From Octopus bimaculoides (taxonomy: Eukaryota), in the NCBI RefSeq assembly GCF_001194135.2, contig NC_068984.1:129692260-129756259 (forward strand): 64,000 nt of DNA, given 5' to 3'. The translations under genes were made by a program, and so were the position numbers. Shown piece by piece: positions 25,391-38,585 of the stretch (its first letter is position 1; each line of letters starts with the position of its first letter). Under the pieces are notes generated by a model. That model made no database searches. It was given only the letters and a program-made list of their open reading frames with translations, and was not told where the DNA came from.

Positions 25391-26170
25391 CGAATGGCTN
25401 NNNNNNNNNNNNNNNNNNNNNNNNNNNNNNNNNNNNNNNNNNNNNNNNNNNNNNNNNNNNNNNNNNNNNNNNNNNNNNNNNNNNNNNNNNNNNNNNNNNN
25501 NNNNNNNNNNNNNNNNNNNNNNNNNNNNNNNNNNNNNNNNNNNNNNNNNNNNNNNNNNNNNNNNNNNNNNNNNNNNNNNNNNNNNNNNNNNNNNNNNNNN
25601 NNNNNNNNNNNNNNNNNNNNNNNNNNNNNNNNNNNNNNNNNNNNGTCCATCTGAGTAAAATAGGAATAAAAGCGAGTCCAAAGGTAAAAAATGGTTAAGA
25701 AATACTATGCTTGACAAAATAAAAGCTAAAGGGTCCTCTCAGCCTTACAATGTGTCCAGTTGTTCAATAACCACTTTATAGAGCTTACTTGGTCCATTTT
25801 ACAGTGTTACCATCACTTGTGAAGCTGCCCTCTACTCTGCAAGCAAAAGAGTTCTCACTGCTCAATGTTATCTCCATTTATTCAGAGCAATGTGACCATA
25901 ACATATAGAGAGGCAATGTTGAGATTACTTAGCCCTGAACAAACATTAAAAAATTAAAGATAACCAGGTCGTAATGTCTATGAAAAATCTATTTCGGATT
26001 TGAATGAGCACAAATATTTCATTTTTTTTTTTTTGACAGTGATAATGTAGTAGGTATAGGGGTAAGTAGTAACAAGGCATACTGTTAACACATTTATTGA
26101 CTGTTACAGATGTCAAAAAGATCAATGAAACAGCTGTTGAAAATGCAGTAAAAAATGTTATGTATATAAG

Positions 26171-26533
26171 TGCAGGATTGGCTGTGTGGTAAATAACTTG
26201 CTTACCAACCACATGATTCCGGGTTCAGTCCCACTGTGTGGCATCTTGGGCAACTGTCTTCTACTATAGCCTCAGGACGACCAAAGCCTTGTCAGTGAAT
26301 TTGGTAGACGAAAACTGAAAGAAGCCCGTCGTATATATGTAGAACTGTTCTTTTCAAACTGGAGCGAACACGTTACAATGAAGTAGAGAAATTTGAGAAG
26401 ACAACATGAAACCGGTTATTTCTCAAAATACAATGTTTATATACCAAAAAGATTTTATAACATTTTTCTGGCATAATTTAAATATATACTTTAACCATGT
26501 AACACAAGCCTTCTGTAGTTTTTTCACTCTTAT

Positions 26534-26584
<51 letters not shown>

Positions 26585-26812
26585 TTATGTGTGTGTGTGT
26601 GTGTATATATGTTTGTGTCTGTGTTTGTCCCCCCACCATCGCTTGACAACTGATGCTGGTGTGTTTATGTCCCCGTAACTTAGCGGTTCAGCAAAAGAGA
26701 CTGATAGAATAAGTATTAGGCTTGCAAAGAATAAGTCCTGGGGGTCGATTTGTTCGACTAAAGGCAGTGCTTCAGCAGGGCTGCAGTCAAATGACTGAAA
26801 CAAGTAAAGAAT
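26171..26812 (+). mobile_element. SINE family B in two pieces (head 26171-26340; 3' half about 26585-26812)
   Basis: The two halves are separated by about 245 bp of unrelated AT-rich sequence and (TA)n. Confidence 0.75.
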
Positions 26813-27234
26813 ATATGTCACTGGAAAATGACAGCACAAAAACAAGTCAATGTTTTAGGACTGCATATAAAATTATACTCCAATGTGGGTTCACACATGG
26901 ATGTTTTATGATATTGAACTGGAAAAAATGCATGGCCTTAACTAAGGATGCATTTGTTATGCTCATAGTTGATGTACAGATATTGTACATCACATAAGGA
27001 ACCCAAATGCAAAAGGCTGGTAAAATTTATAATTTCCAATCAATCTAAAATATTTATTATAACTAATGAGTCTACTGCTTAAATTACAAAACTGTTCTAG
27101 TAATATGCTTAAGCCACCACAAAGTCCAGTCTGTGTTGAAATGTGGTGAGTTGTGTGTCTCAGAGATCCTGAGAGCTATGTGAGTGGAGTGCAAGCTCTT
27201 GGTAAGGCTTCCCATGCTGGACAGGTCAAAGGAT

Positions 27235-27633
27235 AGAGGCCAAACTAATATGGACCCCCTCTTTCTAAAGGTAAAAATGGGTTTGTGTAGGGTCTAGANN
27301 NNNNNNNNAGGTAAAAATGGGTTTGTGTAGGGTCTAGAGGCCAAACTAATATGGACCCCTCTTTCTAAAGGTAAAAATGGGTTTGTGTAGGGTCTAGAGG
27401 CCAAAGTAATATGGACCCCTCTTTCTAAAGGTAAAAATGGGTTTGTGTAGGGTCTCGAGGCCAAACTAATATGGACTCCTCTTTCTAAAGGTAAAAATGG
27501 GTTTGTGTAGGGTCTAGAGGCCAAACTAATATGGACCCCTCTTTCTAAAGGTAAAAATGGGTTTGTGTAGGGTCTAGTAGCCAAACTAATATGGACCTCT
27601 CTTTCTAAAGGTAAAAATGGGTTTGTGTAGGGT
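27235..27633. repeat. 60-bp minisatellite, at least 6.5 near-identical copies, with a 10-N gap
   Basis: Unit GGTAAAAATGGGTTTGTGTAGGGTCTAGAGGCCAAACTAATATGGACCCCTCTTTCTAAA; exact 60-bp period. Confidence 0.95.
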
Positions 27634-28881
27634 CAGCACTCCTATTTAGAAGAATGCAAAGTTACAGAAGCATCAGTAAGACTTCAAAACAAGATTTAGC
27701 AGAGAAAGGCCTTTAAGACAAAACCTAAAGTTGAGAACAATGGAAAAACTCATCTGTGGCTTCTGCTCCATAGGAAGTGAAGGGCTTAAATGAAAGTAAA
27801 TCTGCATAAATCAGCATAGTAGCTGTGGACACACTAGCTGTTATAACTACAAACCTGCATGTAACTGATTCGTATTGCAAGGTCAGTCTACACTGACTTG
27901 GCAACAGCAATGAAGCTTAGCATCCAACCAAGCAACTTAGTAGCTCTTTCAAGAAAAGCGGTGCTTGCATCCTGAAATGAGAAATGGCTTAGAAATGGTG
28001 CCTAATATTGCATGATGCATCCATTAACAAACCAGTATATTACAGCTGGCGGACACTCTGTTTAAGCAGTTGAAATGTAAAGAAGAAATGTGGGCCGTTC
28101 ATTCTTGGTGCATGAAATGCATACACACTTCTGAATAAAGACACTTCAGGCAACAGCTTGCCAGATATAACATCGATTGTATAGCCTTAAGATAGAGCTC
28201 ACTTGAAATGGAAGGTGAGCTATTTCTAGCAAGCAACTGATCAAACCTATGGCTAATGACCTATTTCATCTATAACCTCCACAGCATGCTTCTCTCATCC
28301 TTCCTTTTCAAGACACTAGGAGTGTAAAGTAAGAGAAATTTGGCTACTATTTGATGATGATGTCCCATGATGCCATCTACCTATTTACAGCTGAGTTTAC
28401 TGAGCCATCAAATGATAAGTGATCTGAACTACTGACTTCTCAGTCTGAGGGCTGACACCCATATCAGTCGTCTGTAACTCTCCCATTAAAGAGCCATTTT
28501 TTATAATAGGAGGGACTGTCCCCCTCACCTCTACATTCACCCATCCTTCTCTCTGCAATCTCTAGGCCTTTATATTTTGACAGCTCATCCTCCACCTCCA
28601 CTCCTCCACAAGTGTTTCAGTCTTTGGTTAGAAGGGATGGATATATCAACACAATATCATTTCTTCCTCATTCTGTCTAATGGTGATGTCTAGACATTTA
28701 ATTCGACCTTCCTGGCTGTTAGGACAGACAGACAGATAGGCAGACAGACAGATAGGCAGACAGACAGATATATCTCTGTAAAAGCAGTTGAAAAATACTA
28801 TATTCTTTTTAGTGTTTAGTGGATGTTCCTACCATTTATATTATATAGCCTGTCCAGATTTTAGTTGTATTTCTTTCTCTA

Positions 28882-29093
28882 CAGGGTGTCTACAAAGTCT
28901 GGGTACATGAAGTAAATAAATTCATAACATAAACAATTAAATATAAGAAATAATAATTTCTTAAAGTATGTCTTAATCCCAATGTGGATACATGGAGTAA
29001 ATAAAATCTTAACATAAACAATTAAATATAAGAAATAATAATTTTTTAAAGTATGTGTTAATCCCCATGTACCCAGACTTTGTGGACACCCTG
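28882..29093. mobile_element. Tc1/mariner-type MITE with an internal tandem duplication of about 82 bp
   Basis: 28-bp TIRs CAGGGTGTC(T/C)ACAAAGTCTGGGTACATG with 1 mismatch, and TA flanks. Confidence 0.9.
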
Positions 29094-29423
29094 TAGAATG
29101 TGTTGGAATATAATAAGAGACAAGCTGTTTAGATATATTGTTGTGTAGTCCGGGTTCAGCCACAATCCTGGAGACCTGTGATTAAATGCATTCCCTCAAT
29201 GATACTTTGTCTTATAGTTGCACATTTTACATGCACTATTTTTTATACGTTTTACATTTCAAATATAAAATGCACTTTCTGCTTTTGATAACAAGTCAAG
29301 TGATTTAAGTAGTGATCTTACACAAAGTGTACTGTGTGGGTTGTGATGTTGACTAGAAAAGAAAATTCCTTGCATAGAGTGTTGTCTGTAAGTAGCAGAG
29401 ATATTTTTTGGGGACTGTGTGTA

Positions 29424-29802
29424 TTGGCACTCCGTCGCTTACGACGTCGAGGGTTCCAGTTGATCCGATCATCGGAACAGCCTGCTCGTGAAATTAACGT
29501 GCAAGTGGTTGAGCACTCCACAGACACATGTATCCTTAACGTAGTTCTCGGGGATATTCAGTGTGACACAGTGTGACAAGGCTAACCCTTTGAATTACAG
29601 GCACAACAGAAACAGGAAGTAAGAGTGAGAGAAGGTTGTGGTGGAAGAGTACAGCAGGGTTTGCCACCATCCCCTGTCGGAGCCTCGTGGAGCTTTAGAT
29701 GTTTTCGCTCAATAAACACTCACAACGCCCGGTCTGGGAATCGAAACCGCGATCCTATGACCGCAAATCCGCTGCCCTAACCACTGGGCCATTGCGTCTC
29801 CA
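29424..29802 (-). mobile_element. SINE family C (OR-type), full length
   Basis: Matches the other copies; imperfect TSD GGGGACTGT(G/A)TGTA. Confidence 0.9.
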
Positions 29803-30351
29803 TTTGGGGGGACTGTATGTAAGGTTAAACAAAAAAAAAAAATCCCATATCTGTGAATTAGCTTTTATGTTTTTGTCCATGTTATTCATTATCTTTAGTG
29901 CATTGATTGTGAAGGCATGTGGCTCAGTGGTCAGGGTATTGGTCTTATAATCATAAGATGTAGGTTCAGTTCCTGGACCCTGGACCAGGTGGCATGTTGT
30001 GCCCTTGATCTAGGCCTTTCATTTCATGTTATACCTGTCTATTCAGCTGAAATTGAGTACCAGCTGACTGTTGGTGCAACCCTCTCTACTTTCAGTGTGT
30101 CTTTTTTTTTTTCATCATTGTTTTGATGTCCACTTTTCCATGCTTACATGGGTCAGACAGAATTTGAGATGGATTTTCTATGGCCCAATGCCTTTCCTGT
30201 CACCAACCTTCATCTTTTTTCCAAATAAGGTAGTATTTCCCCATAACCAAACATATTTTCATGGAATGTTAGAAATGAAGGACACCCCTTGCATGACAGT
30301 GACACTTATTTACAACTACCACATGATGTCAAGGCAAGGAGAGAGAGAGAT

Positions 30352-30401
<50 letters not shown>

Positions 30402-31511
30402 TTATATGAAGGGCTTCTTTCAGTTTCTGTTCGTCAAATCCTCTCACAAGGCTTTGGTTGGCCTAGGTCTGTTGTAGAAGACACTTGTCCAAGGTGCCAC
30501 ACAGTGGAACTGAACCTAAATCTATGTTGTTGGGAAGCAAACTTCTTACCACACTGCCACAGCTTGTGGATTATATGATGGGTCAAGGATGTTTGCTCAC
30601 AAATACCATAGGATCCTAAAATAGTTAGGGAAAACTTGGTGCTTACAACCAAGCTTGGTACTTCCAACCAAGTGATGGCACTGCTTTCGTACCTTGTACT
30701 TTGAAATAGTTTTTGATTGTTTTTTGTGTAATGTTTTGGTTAGAAGAGGTTGAGATGTCTGCCAGAGTCTCATTTTGATTTTGACAACTGGACAGGTTGT
30801 TTGGACAGATATGTCTCAGATTATCATAACCAGGTCACTGTCATATTTAGATAAAGATATATCAAATACCATACAACATAAATTCTTTATTTATTAAAAT
30901 TATCTCCACCTCTAGAGGCTGCATTATCGTTACCAAATGGAAATTGAAACCAGCTCCATTCAAGAAAGGCATATAATCTCAAGAGACAAGAATTTGCTGA
31001 AGTTGTCATGCTATTAAAAAAAAGGACAGGCCTAATGCCTGGGAATAAAAGGACAGTAGTGGGCATGTTTCGTACTCAATAACTGTTACCAGCATGATAA
31101 TTATCTTACCTTATCTTCTGTAGCCAAAGGAATCGGACGTATACAAAACAGAGTAATTTGCATAATTTAAGCAAAAATAAGCTAAGAGAAATAGAGTGGC
31201 CAGTGGTATGTATTTGAACACTGTGGACAAATACAGGTATATCAAATACCATACAGCATAAATTCTTGATTTATTAAAATGATCTCCACCTCTAGAAGAT
31301 GTCATAATTACATACAACAGGCTTCCACACAGTTTCACAAGGCGTTGGTCATCCCCCATCTATAGTAAAGACACTTTCTCAGGGTGTCTACAGTGGGACT
31401 GAACCTGAGACTACATGGTGTCAAAGTGAGCTACTTAACCACACAGCCTACATAAAGAAGATTTTTTGTTTTCTTCATGTTATTTTGTTGTCCTAACTAA
31501 TTTCTTTTTGC

Positions 31512-31888
31512 TTACTCTTTTACTCTTTTACTTGTTTCAGTCATTTGACTGTGGCCATGCTGGAGCACCGCCTTTAGTCGAGCAAATCGACCCCAGGACT
31601 TATTCTTTATAAGCCTAGTACTTATTCTATCAGCCTCTTTTGCCGAACGTCTAAGTTACGGGGATGTAAACACACCAGCATCGGTTGTCAAACACACATA
31701 TATATATATACATATGCATATATACGACAGGCTTCTTTCAGTTTCCGTCTACCAAATCCACTCACAAGGCTTTGGTCGGCCCGAGGCTATAGTAGAAGAC
31801 ACTTGCCCAAGGTGCCACGCAGTGGGACTGAACCCGGAACCATGTGGTTGGTAAGCAAGCTACTTACCACACAGCCACTCCTGCGCCT
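31512..31888 (-). mobile_element. SINE family B, near full length with a small internal deletion
   Basis: Young-looking copy with CpGs retained. Confidence 0.9.
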
Positions 31889-32136
31889 GCTTCTAAGTAA
31901 TTTTTCTCAACCCAATATTATTACTTTATAATAATTCCCTATTTCCATGAAGCCCCTTCCTCTCTGTGTGAAGGATAGCTGTTTTGAGTCTATAGATATT
32001 GACTTAGCTTTACATTGTTCCGGCATCAAAAAAAATAAGTTACCTGTCAACTCAAAACTGAGGCACAGTGCCTCAAATTTAGAAAAGGGAAAGCTATTTA
32101 CATCAACCCATCTGTAAGTACTCTTCTCTAACTTCT

Positions 32137-32765
32137 TTTATTACCTCCGCCTTCGCTAAGGCAGAGGTATTGTTTTCAGTTGTGTTTGTTTGTTTGTCCA
32201 TGGAGAAGATATCTCAAGAACTCGTGGATGGATTCAGATGAATTTTCAGGGATGTTTGACCTCATGACTAGCACAACTGATTAGATTTTGGGATCGATCT
32301 GGTACCGGACAAGGATTCTGGATTATTTTCCATTTTTTTTACTTATTGTTTGAGAGCGGTCAGGTTCATTTTTAGTATTCTCGTTTGTGAGAGCAGTTGA
32401 GTTTAATTCAGGTATTCTCCAGTACCGCTGGACTGGCCCTTGTGCAGGTGGCACGTAAAATACACCATTTCAAGCATGGCTGTTGCAGTACCTCCTGACT
32501 GGCCTTCGTGCCGGTGGCACATAAAAGCACCCACTACACTTTCGGAGTGGTTGGCGTTAGGAAGGGCATCCAGCTGTAGAAACTCTGCCAAATCAGATTG
32601 GAGCCTGGTGTAGCCATCTGGTTCACCAGTCCTCAGTCAAATCGTCCAACCCATGCTAGCATGGAAAGCAGACGATGATGATGATGATGATGATCTCTGG
32701 CTCATCATTGAGATGACGTTGGTGTTGCCTTGGTGGAGGTTTGCACTCTCTGAGTGCTCTTGTTT
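32137..32765 (+). mobile_element. Helentron/Helitron2-associated non-autonomous element, interrupted by an RTE-tail repeat
   Basis: 5' TTATTACCTCCGCC..AAGG, (GTTT)n tract, 3' CCTTGGTGGAGGT subterminal inverted repeat and terminal hairpin GCACTC-tct-GAGTGC (32743-32757). The family D copy lies at about 32415-32694. Confidence 0.7.
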
Positions 32766-33211
32766 GTAAGTACTTATATGGTTGACTTTGTTCTAATTCT
32801 TTGATTTCAGTATCTGAGTCTGAGTTAATGCTCTCAGTTTTAGGTCATTTAAGAGTAGCATTGGTACATTTGCTTAATATTGTCCTCATTTTGATATCCG
32901 GCTAAATGTATGTACAGAATTTAGTAGGTTCTTCAGTTGGGTATTGACTCTTGTAAATAATTAAAAACCATGTTTAACTTTTATTCGAGTGAGACCATTC
33001 TGGGGCACTGCCTTGACAGGTTTAGTCAAATAAATCAACCAAAGTAATTTTTTTTTTTTTTCTAAAGTCTGGTACTTGTTATATTGATTCATTTTGCTGA
33101 ATTGCAATGTTGCAGTGACAGAAACAAACCCACAGAAGTTATCAAGTGATGGTGGGAGACAAATACAAACACAAAGATACACACAAATGCATGCATGCGC
33201 GCACACACACA

Positions 33212-33243
<32 letters not shown>

Positions 33244-33478
33244 NNNNNNNNNNNNNNNNNNNNNNNNNNNNNNNNNNNNNNNNNNNNNNNNNNNNNNNNN
33301 NNNNNNNNNNNNNNNNNNNNNNNNNNNNNNNNNNNNNNNNNNNNNNNNNNNNNNNNNNNNNNNNNNNNNNNNNNNNNNNNNNNNNNNNNNNNNNNNNNNN
33401 NNNNNNNNNNNNNNNNNNNNNNNNNNNNNNNNNNNNNNNNNNNNNNNNNNNNNNNNNNNNNNNNNNNNNNNNNNNNGT

Positions 33479-33514
<36 letters not shown>

Positions 33515-33934
33515 GTTTAACATCTGCATTCCATGCTGGCATGGGTTGGACAGTCTGACTGAGGACTGGCAAGCCAGAAAGCTGTACCAGGCTCCAATCT
33601 GATCTGGCAATGTTTCTACAGCTGGATGCCCTTCCTAACGCCAACCACTCTGAGAGTGTCGGGGGTGCTTTTTACCTGTTTATTACATTTTTATATGTTT
33701 ATAACATTTATAACCAGTAGTGGTTTCATTCAGCAGATTTATTAATGGGGTCAAAACTAGGCAGAAGAAAAAAGGAAATAAGGGTCTCTTTGAGTGTTCC
33801 TTCTTCATACATAGGTGTTTAATCTTTTCAATATCAACCTACTTGAGACTGCCTCTGGTGTTCTATGATAACAAGGTTTGGGATTTATATTAAAACCTTC
33901 CGGTGAAATTTCATGTTAATTTAAGTTCCAAACA

Positions 33935-34141
33935 TTTTGGCACAAGGCCAGTGGTTCTAGGGGAGGGGTTTAGTTGATTACATTGACCCCCAGTAGTCAA
34001 CTGGTACTTATTTTATTGACCCTGAAATGATAAAAGGCCAAGTTGACAATGGCAGAATTTGAACTCAGAACATAAAGAGCATGAAGAGATGCTGCTGTGT
34101 ATTTTGTCTGACACTAATAATTCTGCCAGCTCGTTGTCTTC
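33935..34141 (-). mobile_element. SINE family A, CpG-decayed
   Basis: Same body as the 81-760 copies, with many CG to TG/CA changes. Confidence 0.8.
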
Positions 34142-34984
34142 AACACTAGATTAACGGTGATTACATTATTTTACTGAGTTTTTTTTTTTATTATTATTTT
34201 CGAAATTGATTGAAACAAAGACTGTGTATTTCAACAGAACAATAGAAACAAAAAGAGTTACGGGCGATTTCTCTCATCTTCATGCCTTGCAGTGATATAG
34301 TAGTTGTTTTCTCTGTTGACATGTCATGGTTGATAAACTACTTTTAAATTATAGCTGCTGTATTTATTTGTAGTGTCTTCAACATCTAACTGTGTGGCAT
34401 ACAATCAAATACTCTTCAGTAATCAATCGGCACCATGCTAAAATTTAATTTTGCTCCACTTCTTGCTGTTCTCTATAATTGTCCAGTCTGCCAAGAGCTG
34501 CTCTTTATAACTTTGTATCCCTTTTCACCACCACTTTTGTCCCTCAAGTAAGACATTTTTATCATCAAAATGAGCATGCAGCTTGGTATAGTGTACAAAT
34601 ATGTACCATTGGATTGATTGCCAATAAGTTAGTTCTTTAGTTCCAAGAATTGTCAGTGCTTTTGTATTTCAGAATCAGTAGTGTTTTCCTGTTTTAGTAA
34701 TCATTTTTCTTTGGTATTTTGCCTTTGTTCTGTCCCCAGTATCTTTGGCCATTGTGGCTATATAGGTGTAGTCTCTTTTTGTTAGGCATGGTTCTCCACT
34801 GCTCATCCCTTTGAGAGAGCAGCAGTGATGGGTCAAATCAAGACTAAGTCTAGGTGTCTGGCATCTGGAATGTTGACAGCCCTCTAGTAATGCATCAAAT
34901 GAAAGTTCCTCACTATAAAGAAGCAGTGTTGGGAATGTTCTTAATGAAAACTTAAGGGTCCTTAAAGGGTGGTTGTTGGTTCAA

Positions 34985-35160
34985 GTCAAGCTCAACAGGT
35001 ATGGAAATGCTGTCAGCTGGGCCTGTCCTGAGATGTGGCCAGAGTGGTGAAACCATTCTACATGCACTCACCCTGTCAAAACATGGTTGGTCAGTGGATT
35101 TATGTAGGACTGAGTGCCCGATTGACGAACATCTAGTCACATTCCTTTAAATAGGAAAGG
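34985..35160 (+). mobile_element. Possible L1/Tx1-like LINE C-terminal zinc-knuckle fragment
   Basis: With one frameshift, CP(R)CGQSGETILHAL resembles the C..C....ET..H.L motif. Confidence 0.4.
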
Positions 35161-35774
35161 CTGGCAGTTTTCCACTGTCTGGTGAGGGGGGGGGGTATAT
35201 GCGACGTTTTAGAGCAGCAGTTTTGTTGCAGCTTATTTAACATTGCTAATTCGATGTTGACTTATTTAACATCAGATATTTTAATGTCCCTCTCTTTCTC
35301 TTTCTTTCTCTGTCTCTCACACACATGCATACACACACACACACACACACACACTCTCTGCAGCTGTATGTGTATATTTCTGTGTGCACATTCATATGTA
35401 TGTATATGTGTGTTTGCTTTCAGTGTCAGAACATACTGTCACCAAAACAAGCTGGTCATCCAGCCAGCCATGCCAAATTATCAGTGTTGAGACAGAGCAC
35501 CCAATCATCTCATTCCAGTCTGGTCACTACGGTAAAAGTGGTTGTGGTGAAGATGATTGAAAGAACTGAAGGCAGGATTTTTTTTTTTTTTTCCAGTTTA
35601 ATTAAACCTTTATTCGCCAAAAGGTTTCTTTCCTTTATTATTACTTCTTTTCTTTTCCTTTTGGCTTAGTGGTGCTTAGTCAAGAGTCTATCTATATTAA
35701 GATCAGGCCCTGTCCATTCTGCTACCACTGCTGTTAAATAAATCACCTAATTCAGTTTGTAGAGTTTGTAAGAC

Positions 35775-35985
35775 AGCAAACTGGCAGAATTGTTAGCATG
35801 TCAGGTAAAACACTTAGTGGTATTTCATCCATCTTTATGTTCTGAGTTCAAATCCTGCCCGGGTCGATTTTGCTTTTCATCCTTATGGTGCTGATAAAAT
35901 AAGTATCAGTTGAGCACTGACGCCAATGTAATCAACTTAATTCCCCCTACCCCCAATCGATAGTCTTGTGCCAAGATTTGAAACT
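35775..35985 (+). mobile_element. SINE family A, decayed
   Basis: CTGGCAGAATTGTTAGCATG...GAGTTCAAATCC...TTTTCATCCTT...ATAAAATAAGTATCAG. Confidence 0.75.
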
Positions 35986-37883
35986 GATATTTGGCCAGTT
36001 TATTGTCATGTACAGAATTTTTTTACAGGACCCTATTATCTCTGTTATATTTATTTATTCTTTCTAGTGGGGACAGATGGATATATTGATCTTCGTTCAT
36101 TGATTTTTGTAATGTTTCAGTTCTTTGTTTCTGTTAGGCTTTCAGAATGCTGAACCATGTGAAGTTGATACTGGATCACAAATGCAATCACCATTTTATG
36201 CCCATTTTCCTATACTTCCATGAGTTGGGTGTGTCATTATTAACATAAACTCACATGAAATTTTGATAGGTTTAAATGTAGATCAGTACAGAAAGAAACA
36301 CAGGAATCTGTTGAGGTTTTGATAAGCAACAATTTATTCTTTTCACACACAACAAATAATAGTTGTCATTACTATGAACAACAAAACATTGTGAGAGATT
36401 TTGTCCCTGGTGTAGTTGTAGAAGCAGATAAAGCTTGCTGGTTACTGACTTGCAATGTTGTTCATTGCCTTTGTATTGTCATCCATCTCTGTTGGTCAAT
36501 TCCTACAGTGTTTGTCTGTGCTTTCTCTGTTGTTTGTGAAAGCTCTCTGTCTAGTATTTGTGATGTACTGACTTTGTATTGTTTGATAAGCTCAGAATGA
36601 AGTGCACTGAAAGACAAAAAAGAAAAGTCATTGTTGAAGCCTATTTGATGCAAAGTTGTGATTGGTCAAATTTTGTTGATCACATGGGCAATATTCTAGC
36701 GAATCATGATATCGGGTGATTGCTGAATATTCCTGCTACCGATTACTTTAAAACAAAGTTTGTATCACAGAATCAGGAGTGGCTTCAGGTGGATTGGCAT
36801 CCAATGTGTCATTTGATCCGAGAGGAATTAAAAGTCGTTAAAAAATGTCATCTCAGCAACAGCATGATTTGAAACCAGAACTCTTTGAGTCACCAAACAA
36901 CTCATCAAATTATTATCAAGTATAGTCCATCCGGCACTCAACTCCCCCTACACACAAGCACTTTACCATTATCCCACCTTTTGACATTATCGGTCCAATA
37001 ATATCATCAGTTAGTAAAATGACCATTTTATAGAACCAACCACTCCTAACCTCCCATTATCCTTTTTACTGACCTTTTTTTTTTTTTAGCATCATCATCC
37101 TGTTGTTGTTGTTCCTGGAGAGTATTTAGAATGTAAAGTGATCTTTTAGTGTTTCTTGTTATAATAGTGGTTGTTGTACATCTCTTTTTTTCTCTCTCTC
37201 TTCCCTGCATCTCCCCACCTCTCTCTCTCTCTCTCTCTCTCCCCCTCTCTCTCTCTCTCTCCCACTCCCCAAACAGAGTCATTAAGCTGACTTTTGGAGT
37301 GAAGCAAACAATTTGATGGTGTCTCTTTATGTGGAATAATTCTTGTGCTGTGTCGTGATGTGACATACACCTGATTACAATACTTGACTATTTCCAACTA
37401 TATTTCCTACATTTACTTTTGAAATTATCAGTGGTACTTTTTTTTTGGGGGGGGGGTCATTTATTTGTTTATTTTTACTTTTACTTTATATCTCTTACAT
37501 GTTGGTGTGTTGGCTACTTACCCCATCCAGAATTTCTGTTAACATTACAAAAGTTTATGCTGAATGTTTAAATCCATCACCCACCCCGCCCTTCACACCT
37601 CAAAGGGTCTTCCTATCAGCTCATCGAAGAGAAAGAGCGAACTAGTGTGGATGGGAGTTAGGAAGGTGCCATGCCAGTTCAGGCAACCAGATCTGCTTAA
37701 TGCTTGTTACTTGAAACTGGTGAACTTTATTGTGATGTTGCTAGATGTAAAACCAAGCTTTTTGCTGTTGTCGTCGTTGGACAGTTTAGGCACCTGATGA
37801 CGTACCTCAGATGCAGTAGGCTATATATTTCACCCTCTGTATACATGTCATGTTGAATGGCAGCAGTTTAACTATGTCGAGGT

Positions 37884-38269
37884 GTGGAGGCGCAATGGCC
37901 CAGTGGTTAGGGCAGCGGACTCACGGTCATACGATCGCGGTTTCGATTCCCAGACCGGGCGTTGTGAGTGTTTATTGAGCGAAAAACACCTAAAGCTCCA
38001 CGAGGCTCCGGCAGGGGATGGTGGCGAACCCAGCTGTACTCTTCTACCACAACTTTCTCTCACTCTTACTTCCTGTTTCTGTTGTGCCTGTAATTCAAAG
38101 GGTCAGCCTTGTCACACTGTGTCACGCTGAATATCCCCGAGAACTACGTTAAAGGTACACGTGTCTGTGGAGTGCTCAGCCACTTGCACGTTAATTTCAC
38201 GAGCAGGCTGTTCCGTTGATCGGATCAACTGGAACCCTCGACGTCGTAAGCGACGGAGTGCCAACAAAA
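37884..38269 (+). mobile_element. SINE family C (OR-type), full length, young
   Basis: 14-bp TSD AACTATGTCGAGGT at 37870-37883 and 38270-38283; intact A and B boxes. Confidence 0.95.
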
Positions 38270-38553
38270 AACTATGTCGAGGTAAATTCAAGAACTAATT
38301 CCTTCCCATAGCACATTTGTGCTATCTCAAGCTCAAATGTCCTATCTCCTTGTACTCCTGTTACAACATGTCCTCATTGCTATAGATTTGGGGTTCTAAA
38401 CTATTATTTTATCTATAGACCCCTTTGATTACTATTTTATTCTCATGGACCCATATAGCTATTTGATGTTTAAAATCATCAAGTTTTATTGAAACTTCTT
38501 TCAAAATTCTTATTTTGTTTTTCACACATTAACTCAGGTAGGTTGAACTCTGT

Positions 38554-38585
<32 letters not shown>

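Noticed and set aside
27235-27633. 60-bp repeats as a CRISPR array
   Set aside because: Contiguous tandem units with no unique spacers, no cas genes, and a eukaryotic intron/SINE context.
36595-36660. MKCTERQKRKVIVEAYL as a Tc1-like transposase N-terminus
   Set aside because: Too short, with no TIR or downstream motifs to support it.
37564-37797. 77-aa ORF as a small protein or an upstream ABCG coding exon
   Set aside because: No recognisable domain, it ends in a stop, and there is no phase-compatible strong donor.
37884-37960. tRNA-like sequences (here and at 43967, 56363, 20320 and others) as tRNA genes
   Set aside because: They are SINE heads followed by shared bodies and TSDs, and a full cloverleaf is not supported.
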